Shown: one piece after another, positions 50,613 through 64,000 of the stretch
Layout of the letters: the number at the start of each line of letters is the position of its first letter
How positions within the stretch are numbered: the stretch's first letter is position 1
Origin: the human T2T-CHM13v2.0 reference genome, Homo sapiens
NCBI RefSeq assembly: GCF_009914755.1
Contig: NC_060925.1
Reading direction: 5' to 3' (one strand)
Length of the DNA stretch: 64,000 nucleotides
Made by a program: the position numbers and the translations under genes
Notes under the pieces: model-generated
Seen by the model: the letters and a program-made list of their open reading frames with translations, nothing else
The model's database searches: none
What the model was told of the DNA's origin: nothing

Positions 50613-51593
50613 AACTGGAAGATCTCTAAAATTCCTCCTAGGAGATAAACCTTTAAGACTTGCTATAAGAATTAAGTGCCATGATTATGGTGCATATTAT
50701 TTATGAAACTTGTTCAATGTGCCCTGCCCTTCCTATTCATTATCTCTACAACCTCCTTCTAAAATAAGTATCAATTAAAAGTATTTTCCAAATGAGCAAA
50801 AGGAGGCCCGGAGAGGTTAAATAATTCATCAGGAGACACGCAGCTGGAGATGAACAGGAGGAGGATTTGAATGGGAAGCCATCTCAGTGTGCTCTCTCTA
50901 CTACCTCCCATGAGCAAACACAGTGACAAGTGAACTCAATGAATATCATTTTCCGGTGATTCTGTGACCTTTGAGTACCTGCATCCTCCTACCTTAACCA
51001 ACTTTGCCAGCCTCCTTCACTGCCCTACCTGATCGACAGTAATTTCCAGCTCTCTTCCTTCCCCCATGCTCAGCCCAACACCCAGCCCTGGCTTTCTCAC
51101 CTTCCTGGGACCTCCTGCGTTCCACGGTAGTGAACAGAGACACACGACAGCCATTCCGTGGATCTACAGTGACTGTTCTCCTGGACACAGAGCCAACGTG
51201 GCTACTGAAGGAAAGAGGCCAGTCCTAAGTTCAGGACCTGTGACGGCCTGGAAAATGTACTCTGTCCCCCCACAACCTCCCGCTACAACCTCCCCCTAAA
51301 AGAAAAACTTTCTACAGGTGATGTTGAGATTGCCACAGGCTTTGGTCCTCACAGACTGCAAATACCTATGGGAGAAAGAATGCTTCCATAGAGGAGCGCC
51401 GAGGGGAAGGAGAGCACCTCACTGGGATGGGATGGGAGTGGGGTGACAGCACCGCCCAGAGGCATACAAGCTGGCCTCTCTCTGGTTTTGTGGAGGCGGC
51501 CCTTGCTGGTATCCTAGAGTTGTCTCCCTGGCCTGCTTAGCAACGCACAGCTCCTAGGGGCCATCACCCACTAGGAGGGCAGGGCCTTTTGTC

Positions 51594-51889
51594 TTTTTTT
51601 TTTTTTGAGACAGAGTCTCTGTCTATCACCCCAGCTGGAGTGCAGTAGCATGATCTCGACTCACTGCAACCTCCGCCTCCCGGGTTCAAGCGATTCTCCT
51701 GCCTGCCTGAGCCTCCTGAGTAGCTGGGATTACAGGAGTACGCCACCAAGCCCGGCTAATTTTTTATTTTTAGTAGAGATGGGGTTTCACCATGTTGGCC
51801 AGGCTGGTCTCAAACTCCGGACCTCATGATCCACCCACCTTGGCCTCCCAGAGTGCTGGGATTACAGGTGTGAGCCACTGCACCCGGCC
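51594..51889 (-). mobile_element. AluSg/Sx
   Basis: TSD TTTTGTCTTTTT; inserted in an L2 3' end. Confidence 0.93.
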
Positions 51890-52000
51890 AGATTTTTGTC
51901 TTTTTACTGTTGTATCTCCCCACATAGTAAGTGCCTAATCAATTGAGTTGAATAAATGAATTCTTGCCCCATCTACCAGATTCTACCTCAGGGGCAGCTT

Positions 52001-52080
52001 CACACACACATACATACACACACACACACACACACATATATACACACACACACACACACATACATACACACACACACATA
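52001..52080. repeat. Interrupted (CA)n
   Basis: Seen directly. Confidence 0.9.
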
Positions 52081-53120
52081 TGCATGTGCACTCAGGCACA
52101 CACGCATGTGCTCACTCACACATGTACTCATGTTCTGGGGCCGGCACAGAGGCTGGGGGAGAGTAAGGAAGTGGGGAGGGGCATCTTTGGCAGGGGAAGG
52201 GTGCTGGTAGGACAAGAGCAAAGCGCAGAGGGACTGAGGGGTGGTGAGAACGGATCTTCTCACAGTTGAGGCCTGTAAAAAAAAAGAAACCACACGGAGG
52301 CTGAGGGCAAAGTGCCCTAAATTGGAAGTCTGGCCTAAGATCTGACGATGAATGGTTTTCAAACTCTGGAGGCGGTCTGCTTACGAAAACTCTTGTTTGC
52401 ACTGAGTATACAGAAAGGGCACTGAGTGGGGCAAAGATGGCCCCACATGCTTGAACTTGCCTGTGAGTCTGGACTCAGACCCAGTTGTAGGGTGGACCTG
52501 TGGGCGGGGCTAATTTTGTAGTGTCCAGAAGAGCACCAAGGGAGTTTTTGTGAATTGGACTTCCACCCTAAGCGATACTAGGTTTAGTTCCATTTTCCGT
52601 CTGGAGAGAAGTCCTTTGCAGCATTTCGTTTGGCGGAAGAGTTTTGCATAATATTTCACACAGTGTTCCTTGCACAAGCTTTCATTACCCCATGACCAGG
52701 CTAGGGACTCCCCGCCTTCTATGACCAGGTGAAGAGTGAGTCTCCTACTCCAAGCTCCCCCTGTTCGCCTGGTTTTGATGCCCTGTTTCAGTGCATCATC
52801 TGGTAATTTCGTGACCTGCAATCGGCAGAGTGGGCTCGACTCATCTTCTATTTCTATGCTGCCCACTGTGTCCTTCTGAAAGGGCTGAGCCCTGGGTCTG
52901 GTAATTTTGGACTGTCTGCAATTTGGAATGGGTGTGTCACTACTGCCCTCTAGAACCAGGTCTTGGTTATTGATTGCAGCTCCCAGAAAGGAACCCTGCA
53001 AACACAACCCTTGGTTAAGGCAGGCAGTCTGTCTTCTCCTTTTCAATAATAACTTCATGTTTGAGGTTAATAAGTGGAGGTTCTTTAAAGGGCACACAAT
53101 TGAGGCCCCACACTCCGCTA

Positions 53121-53525
<405 letters not shown>

Positions 53526-53722
53526 GATGGCAATGTACAGTTGCTGGACAAACTGCCTCACTGGAATTCAACCTTGGAGAAGTGATGGATTTTTCTTAGT
53601 GTTGGCAGAGCCGTATGGTTAGCATGCTCCTCTGCCTCGTGTTTTCGTTTAAGTCCTCGTGCTTTCCTCCTTGTCCTAAAGTAGTCAGGGACCAAGTTGC
53701 ACAGTCTCTGCATCCTCCATGA

Positions 53723-54074
<352 letters not shown>

Positions 54075-54079
54075 AAGAA

Positions 54080-54378
<299 letters not shown>

Positions 54379-55574
54379 TAGAGAACTTTACAGCGAGAGA
54401 TGATTGATCTTCCTCCCTGACCTTGTGAACCTTCCCACTGATGCTGTGTTTGCCAAGTAGGGAATGCGGCTCTCCACTAAGTGTCGCCTGTAAACCCTAT
54501 GGAGTCAGATTCTGCTGGCTCTGCACAGCGAGGACATGTGGGTTTCATTCTTGTATTCTTGTAAAGTTAACAATACAACTTATGGGGAATTTAATAGCTG
54601 GAAAGTTGTATCAGTCCTCTATAAGCCCTGGGTGAATCTTTGAGTAGCAAATGAATAAAACAGTATGGCAAAGGGAGTCTAATCACTAGTTAAGCCCTTG
54701 CTAAAATTGCCAACTCACTAAGAAGGTAGTCTTTTTACATTTTTAAAGGACTTGTTAACAAGTGAGCTGATGATATATTGGCCCTGGGGGAGGACATCAG
54801 TTTCTTCTTTGCTTGTGTGAAAGAGTTCTATAAAAATGAAATGCATGACCGACAACTTCTTACTTTTTCAAACAGAGGTATTATTCTGCAGTGGTATCAC
54901 TGGGGCATAGCAATGGCAGGAAGAGCTTAGGACTCGGAGTCCTAAACCACTAAGCTCGTAGCTAGGATGATCACAAAAAACAGGTAAAAAACATTGTTAA
55001 CAATGGTCTTCAACCTTGATGTCCAGCTTCTGGTCTGTACAGGGGGAGTTCCATGATCTACTCTTCCCCTGGAGTCACACAGTCCACTGGGGAGAGATGC
55101 CCAAGGCAGACCTTCCCTCCCCAACTCTTCAGGCTCTCCAAGTCCTCTCTCCAAGTTTGTTTTGCTTACGCCTGTTTCCTTTCATTTACCACTTTCCCTT
55201 TCAGGCCAGGGTCAAAGGAACCTAATGTGAAAATGTTTCAGTCTTTTGATGAAGTATTCCAGAACACAGAACTCCTTATCATACAGAACATCAAGTTCCT
55301 TTAAGATATGGGTTGCTATCTCCAATTCATTTTGGGAAGAGGTGAGGTATTAAATATTTATATTAATTAAATAGAATTATCCTAAAATAACATAAGTTGG
55401 CTTACCCCTGGGCAGGAAGTCTCATTTACAAGTGAGCACACCCACCTGTTGATACCCAGGGCCATCATGTCTGCCAAGCAAAATAAACTCCTTCATGAAC
55501 AGACAGGAGCCACGCTGTTCCCTCTGTGCCCAGTCACCAGAACAAGGCTCTTAAATCCCAAAGATCGATCAGGC

Positions 55575-55916
55575 TTTTTTTTTTTTTTTTTTTTTTTGAC
55601 AGTTTTGCTTTTGTCACCCAGGCTGGAATGCAAATGGTGCGATCACAGCTCACTGTAACCTCTGCCTCCTGGGTTCAATCGATTCTCCTGCCTCAGTCTC
55701 CCGAGTAGCGGATTACAAGTGCGTGCCACCACGCCCAGCTAATTTTTGTATTTTCAGTAGAGACAGGGTTCCTCCATGTTGTCCAGACTGGTTTCGAACT
55801 CCTGACCTCAGGTGATCCACCTGCCTCAGCCTCCCAAAGTGCTGGGATTACAGGCGTGAGCCACCGTGCCCGGCCTTGAGCCACCATGCCTAGCCTTGAG
55901 CCACTGTGCCCGGCCT
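55575..55916 (-). mobile_element. AluSx with a triplicated 5' end
   Basis: Three 20-bp units at 55857-55916; CAGGCTTT on both flanks. Confidence 0.93.
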
Positions 55917-56069
55917 CAGCCAGGCTTTCTTTCAGGCCCTCGGTGTCATTTCGTTTATTTAGCTCTGTTCAGTGATAATGTAGATGTGATTCAGGAACCT
56001 GCCAGCAGCGCTGTGGACTCCCACCCAGCTGGGTGGATACACCTAGACCTGTGGCCCATCTGCTTTCCC

Positions 56070-56372
56070 TTTTTTTATTTTGAGACAGTGTCCCACTCTG
56101 TCACCCAGGCTGGAGTGCAGTGGCACAATCATAGCTCACTGCAGCCTTGACCTCCTGGGCTCAGGCAATCCTCCTGCCTCATCCCCCTGAATAGCTGGGA
56201 CTACAGGTGTGCGCCACTATGCCTGGCTAATTTTTGTATTTTTTTTTTTTTTGGTAGAGATGGGGTTTTGCCATGTTGCCCAGGCTAGTCTTAAACTCCT
56301 GGCCTCAAGCGATCTGCCTGCCTCAGCCTCCCAATGTGCTGAGATTACAAGTGTGTGTCACCACTCCCAGCC
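56070..56372 (-). mobile_element. AluJ
   Basis: J-type antisense Alu. Confidence 0.92.
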
Positions 56373-57113
56373 TGTTTTCCTTTTAAAGAAGCCCTGGAAA
56401 CAGTGGCCAACACTGCCACCACCCCTGGGTCCCCAGACTGGCTCTTGGCAGGAGTGTGAAGGTCTGATGCAGGATGGGGTGTCTTCTCAGAGACCCACAG
56501 CCACACTTACAAGGAAAAGTGGCTGCTTCTAAGATGGCTTTTGCATGGCAGGTGTTAGCCAATTAAATCCACAATTCCCACTGATGTACAATGTAGTCAA
56601 TCACTTCAAAGCAACTGATTTACAATAGCCATTACCAGCCTCCCCAGAGCTGCCCCTGCCGTCTGTCGGGGACGCTGGCCACACTGGCCGATTGTCCAGC
56701 TGCTGCGTGTTGCCTGCTGTGGCCCCTTGTCTGGAGCAGCCACGCTTTGTTCCGTAACTCTCCTCCTGCTTCCCTCCCAACCCCAGCCATTGTGCATCGG
56801 GCCAGGGGGAAGGATGGCTGATCCAAGGAGGTAAGACTTGGGGCAGAAACCAGTGGGGAGCCGGGCTGTGCAGAAGGAGAGGGAAGGAGAGCTGAGTGGC
56901 AGGAGGCAGAGTGAACCCTGCTCATTGCGGAAAGCCAGGAGCCTTCTGAGCCCGTGGCCCTGAGCTCTGCTATCCTAATTTTCCTGGAGCTCCCATAATC
57001 CTTTTCTTGAGGTAACCAGAGAGGCTCTGTGCTCTTTGCATCTCCCAGGACACTGGCGACTTGGTGTTTCCTTCCCTGTAAGAGCTTCTCCCTGCAGTCG
57101 TTGGATGCTTGGG

Positions 57114-57980
<867 letters not shown>

Positions 57981-58456
57981 GGACAGTTATAAGTTATACG
58001 TGCATAGTTTAAAAAGTCAATTCAAGGCCTCTGGGTGGAGCAGAGCACAGACTGGTTCTCTCTTCCCAGAGCTTCCTCACCAAGAGCAGGGCTGGAAAGC
58101 CCCAGAGAAGGTGAAGGAGACGTATTCAGGGGGAAGCAGGAGCTGCTGTAAACAGCCACCTGATTTGCTAAGAGATTCAAGTGCTTTACAATGGGACTGG
58201 AAAGTCCATGGTGTTCCTATAGCCTCCTTGTCAGGGGCAACGACAGGGCCAGGAGCAGACCCTGAGCTGACCAGACTGAAGAGAGTGGGTTGGAAATGAA
58301 GGTCCCACCAGACTGACCTGCTGCACCTCTCTGCTCTCGCCCCTGGGTGTCCCAGGGCACACAGAAGACCCTTGATGTGCAAATATTTGATGCTAATGAT
58401 CCCAGCAGCAACGTGTTATTGCGAATATCCTGATGTGTTTATAGGCCAAATAATAA

Positions 58457-59124
<668 letters not shown>

Positions 59125-59129
59125 AGACT

Positions 59130-60260
59130 TTATTTTTTGAACTATTTTGTGCTGACAGAAAAAATCAAGCAGGAAGTACAGAGAGTTCTCCATACACTCC
59201 TTAGCCTCTATTATTATCTTGCATTTGTGTGGTATACATTTTCAAATCAATGAGCCCATATTGATACATTATTACTAACTAATGTCCAAAGTTTACATTA
59301 GGGCTTCCCCTTGGTGTTACACAGTCTATGGGTTTAGACAAATGTATCATGGCATGTAGCCATCATTGTAGTATCACACAGGATAGTTTCACTGCCCGAG
59401 AAATCCCCTCTGCTCCACTAGTCATCCCTTCCCCACCCCACCTTACCCCAAAACCACAGATTTTTTTTTAACTGTCTCTATTGTTTTGCCTTTTCCAGTG
59501 TCATAGAGTGGAATTACATAATATGTAGCCTTTCAGATTGGCTTCTTTCACTTAGTAATATGCATGTAAGTTTCTTCCATGTCTTCTCAGAGCTCAATAG
59601 CTCATTTCGTCTTAGCCCTGAATAACATGCCGTTGTCTGGGTGTTCCATAGTTTGTTTATCCATTCGCCTGCTTAAAGACATCTTGATTGTCTCCAGGTT
59701 TTGGTAATTATGAATAAAGCTGCTATAAACATCTGTGTGCAGTTTTTTGTGTAGTTGTAAGTTTTTAACTCATTTGAGTAAATACCAAGGAGCATGATTG
59801 CTGGATCTTATGGCAAGACTGTATTTAGCTTTGCAAGAAATGATCACACTGTGCTCCGAAGTGGCTGCACCACGTTGCATTCCCATCAGCAATGAATGAG
59901 AGTTTCTGTGGCTCCCATCCTCACCAGCATGTTCTCAGGGTTCTTGGTTTCTCAGTATGTTTGACATTCTCAGTGTTTTGAATTTGAGCTGTTCTAATAA
60001 GTGTGCAGTTGTATCTCACTGTTGACTTAATTCATAATTTCTGAATGACATTTGATGTTAAGCCTCTTTACCTATGCTTACTTGCCATCTGTATATCTTT
60101 TTTGGTGAAGTATCTGTTCAGATCTTTTGCTCATTTTCTAATTAGGCCATCTCTTTTCTTATGGTTGAGTATAAGAGTTCTTGGCATATTTTGGACATCA
60201 GTCATCAGACATGTGTTTTGCAAATATTTTCTCCTGGCCTGTGGCTTGTCTTGTTCTCAC
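59130..60260 (-). mobile_element. L1MA/MB 3' fragment
   Basis: ttggcttctttcacttagtaatatgcat and gagtaaataccaaggagcatgattgctggatc motifs. Confidence 0.88.
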
Positions 60261-60631
60261 AGGCTGCTATGCATTTGGATGTTTAGGAGGACCAGTGAGG
60301 ACAACACCGGTGTCTCCCACGGTGTGCTTGTGTGTGTGCAGAGGAATATACTCACTGGAAAGCAGACTGAGATGTGAGGCCACATCTAGGCAATGGGAGA
60401 GAGTTTGGAATGGAGGAACATTTGTTTTGGGTGGAAATATGTCAGCTTTCATTGCTTTAGCTCCATCCTTCTATTCATCCAACCAATATTTATGAGGTGC
60501 CTGCTATGTACCCAGTATGATTCTAGGTATCAGGAAAGCAAAGATCAGTGAGAAGAGTCCCTACCTTCAAAACACTCACAGGCCAGTTTGGGAGGTGGTC
60601 ATTTCAATGCAGTGTGAAAATGCCCCAATCT

Positions 60632-60846
60632 CCAGTGTGGGCAACATAGGGAGACCCTGTCTCTACAAAAGTTAGAAGAAAAAAAAAAAAAAAACAGAGG
60701 CATAGTGGCCTGTGTCTGTAGTCCCAGTGACTCAAGGGAATGAGGTTGGAGGATTGTTTGAGCCCAGGAATTCAAGGCTGCAGTAAGCTATGATCATGCC
60801 ACTGCACTCCAGCCTGGGTAACAGAGCGAGACTCCAACTCAAAAAC
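60632..60846 (+). mobile_element. 5'-truncated AluJ
   Basis: End of left arm, linker and right arm. Confidence 0.9.
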
Positions 60847-61112
60847 AAGCACCCCAGTGGAGGGAAGGGTGGGGTGTGGAGGGGACGGGGAAGGTTGTTG
60901 GGTAAGGGGCAATAACAGGAGAAGGGAGAAGGAGAATCAGTATGAAGATCTCACCTACTCCATGGTCTCCACTAGGGAGCGTTCCGTCTCCTGCTGAGCC
61001 ATTTGCACAGGTGCCCAGGAGAATCCCATTACTAGAGGGCAAAGGGCAGGGGGCCCCCCCACACCATGCTCTCACTGTTGCAGCCACAGCTTCCTCTTTG
61101 TCACTTTCACAG

Positions 61113-61163
61113 GCTACCTTCATCCCCAAACAGGAACTGCTGCAAGGCCCGCAGCAGCCATGG
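61113..61163 (+). other. Candidate exon ending in Kozak ATG-G
   Basis: ttcctctttgtcactttcacag| 51 nt ...GCAGCCATGG|gtgagt; motif evidence only. Confidence 0.3.
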
Positions 61164-61480
61164 GTGAGTGGCTCTGGAGATGGGGTAAGTGGCCTACGCA
61201 CCCCAGAGGAACAGCTGGCAGCCTAGTCTTCGGGCAGCAGCTCCACTCAGCCCTGGGGAATGACAGATACAGGTGTGTTCCCTCAGGTGCATATGTGCAT
61301 GTGCTTGTGTGCAACTTCCTCCTCTGCTCTCATTCCTGCAAGGTGCATTCTCAGAAGGCTGTTACTCCACAGTCACTACGGTTGTGAAGCGGAACCAGAC
61401 AACTTCCCATTTTCGAGGTTCTACAATTGGCAATATGGGAAAATCTTACCCCATTACCACCCAACTCGATTCTTTCAATG

Positions 61481-61688
61481 CAAGCTTGTCTAACCCATAG
61501 CCTGCAGGCCACATGTGACCCAGGATGACTTTGGATGTGGCCCAGTGCAAATTCGTAAACTTTCTTAAAATATTATAAGATTGTTTTGCAATACATCAGT
61601 ATCGTTAGCGTTAGTGTATTTTATATGTGGCCCAAGACAATTCTTCTTCTGATGTGGCCGAGGGAAGCCAAAAGATTGGATACTCCTG
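61481..61688. mobile_element. MER30 MITE
   Basis: gcaaattcgtaaactttcttaaaa ... ccaaaagattggatactcctg. Confidence 0.9.
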
Positions 61689-61741
61689 CGTAAGGGGGAA
61701 ATGCATGTTTATAGTCATATATATATATTTTTTTTTTCTAA

Positions 61742-62070
<329 letters not shown>

Positions 62071-62611
62071 TAATGTAAGATGAAAAGTCAAAGTCCTCAT
62101 TAATCTGACCATGATCACTGTTATCCTCCCTGGAGAGAGTCACTGTTAAGAATTTCTTGGATCGTCTTCCAGGCCTTCCCTAAGTGCAAATACACATAAG
62201 TCTTTGTTTGTATAAAAATAGGCCATAAAATATACACAGTTCTGTGACTTCCTTACTCACTTACGTCTGTATCTTGAACATATTTCCAGGTCACTATAGA
62301 GAATCCAATCTCTCTTTTGTTTGCAATCAATCTCTCTTCTCTTTTTTAAGACAACCAGTTATGCCAGTGAAGTGCCCTAAACTAGAGATAGCTGGGGCGC
62401 TGTCAGCCACCTTAACAGTGAGAAGAAGCAACAGGATGAAGTGGAAACAGCGTCACACAGATGGAGCCTCGAATCCCAGCATGCTAGCCATGTGTCATCT
62501 TCATAGTCTTCCTAACGTCTGTGGCCTCAGATGCCACATCAGTAAATGGCACACCATATGTGATTTAGGCTAAGGGCCTGAGTGTAATAGTTGCTTAGGA
62601 ATTATAGCCCT

Positions 62612-63150
62612 TCTTAAATAAATGGAGAAACAGTCCATGTTCATGGATTGGAAGCCTCAATGTTATTAAGATGGCAAATCTCCCCAGAGTGACCTGTAGA
62701 TGCAACACAATCCCTATCAAAATCCCAGCAGGCTTTTCACTCCTTTTTAATAAGGACACCGGTCATATTGTATTAAGGTCCATCCTAATGACCTCATCTT
62801 AACTCAGCTACATCTGCAAACACCTTAATCCAAATATGACATTCTGAGGTACTGGGATTAGGGCTTCAAAATATCTTTTTGGGGGAACACAAGTCAACCC
62901 ATAACAGATAATTAACACAAATACATGGAAAACTATCCCATATTCATGGATTGGAAGTACTAATAGTATTTAAATGTCCATATTACCCAGAGGTCTAGAG
63001 ATTCAATGCAATCCCTATCAAAATACCCATAATGTTCTTCACAGAAGTGGGAGTAAACAATCTTAAAATTCATGTGGAAATGCAAAAGACCCTGGATAGC
63101 CAAAGCAATCGAGTAAAAGGAACAAAGCTGGAGGTCTCACCACAACACAT
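62612..63150 (+). mobile_element. L1M ORF2 fragments flanking an antisense MLT1 fragment (62740-62906)
   Basis: catgttcatggattggaag and caatccctatcaaaat motifs each occur twice; MLT1 5' end ...caacccataaca. Confidence 0.75.
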
Positions 63151-63439
63151 GGTTAAGGAGTTAAAATGGGACATTTGAAACTTTATATTACTACAGAGTT
63201 TAATGCAAGATTCATGCAGATTTTTAAAAGATAAACCACGACACGTCACAGGAATATCTAGCTTTTGATATGTCCCCATGCCTTCCACAGGTACCCTCCT
63301 ACAGCTCCCCTCCACTGTCCCCTCCCTAAGGGGGTACAATTCAGCTCTTTTGCCCTAAAGAGCATTTGGATGGAAAGTTTGAGATGTCCTAACAGTTGAG
63401 TGCTACTATAATGTTTATTTCATGGGGGATGAGGAGGTG

Positions 63440-63485
63440 GGGAAGGAGGGGTGGAAACAGGCGGGAAGGAGGGGTGGAAACAGGC
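63440..63485. repeat. Perfect 23-bp tandem duplication
   Basis: GGGAAGGAGGGGTGGAAACAGGC x2. Confidence 0.95.
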
Positions 63486-64000
63486 TGGGAGGAGGGGCCA
63501 GAGGGTACCTACAAAAGCTATATATTATCCTTTATTTTGCTTGACCAAAGCAACCAACAAAATGTAACTCCAGGTTTCTAAGAGCTAATTTTAGAATACT
63601 TATTAAGATTCCTCCCCATTCCCTCAGCACCCTATCAAATACTAAGACTGGCACTATATTAATACAGGTGACATCAAAGGACTATAATCCATCTATCTTT
63701 TTGACCCTTGGCCCATTTGCCTTATTCAGAACAGCAAAGTTGTGGTTATCGGATGCCACCAAGTGCATCTGATGCTATGTCCCCAAAAGCTCCTCTACAA
63801 TTGTGTCCATTGGCACCACTGGTCTTGTTGGTAATCACAGTGGGAAAAGCCCCTGATGAGCTGGATGTCACTTTATTGCTAACAACCTCTTTCTCCCTCA
63901 AATTCTTGTTTACCCTCAAAAGTGACTCTCTACATTGGCGTTGACTTTGGGAAAATGCCCTGAGCTGTAGGTACTCTTAAGAGTTGTGCACTTTTCAGAA

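Noticed and set aside
55857-55916. CRISPR-like repeat array
   Set aside because: No spacers; the units are Alu 5' ends in primate DNA. No CRISPR or prokaryotic system is present anywhere in the window.

Overview
Primate, almost certainly human, non-coding DNA. About 42 Alu copies (AluJ, S and Y types) cover roughly a fifth of the window. Also present are truncated L1 fragments, MaLR/ERV solo LTRs (MST, MLT1, MER93-like, LTR16-like, MER4-like), hAT MITEs (MER3, MER5, MER30, MER58, MER91, MER103), L2/MIR remnants and many microsatellites. I recognise no protein-coding gene. Nearly all ORFs in the track are Alu, L1 or microsatellite artefacts, and I cannot name the locus. The most striking structure is at 21.1-22.6 kb: an MLT1A LTR interrupted by a same-strand Alu, a full-length U6 snRNA copy and an L1PA 3' end. 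Its tail has become (GAA)22(GAC)13, and one target-site duplication (TSD) appears to bracket the whole cassette. Other points: rearranged Alus (template-switch insert, triplicated 5' end, head-to-head fusion), a few short exon-shaped segments (one ends in a Kozak ATG at 61160), and motif-rich unique islands. Repeat family names are from recall of consensus sequences, and most boundaries are approximate (about 10-30 bp) unless a TSD is given.
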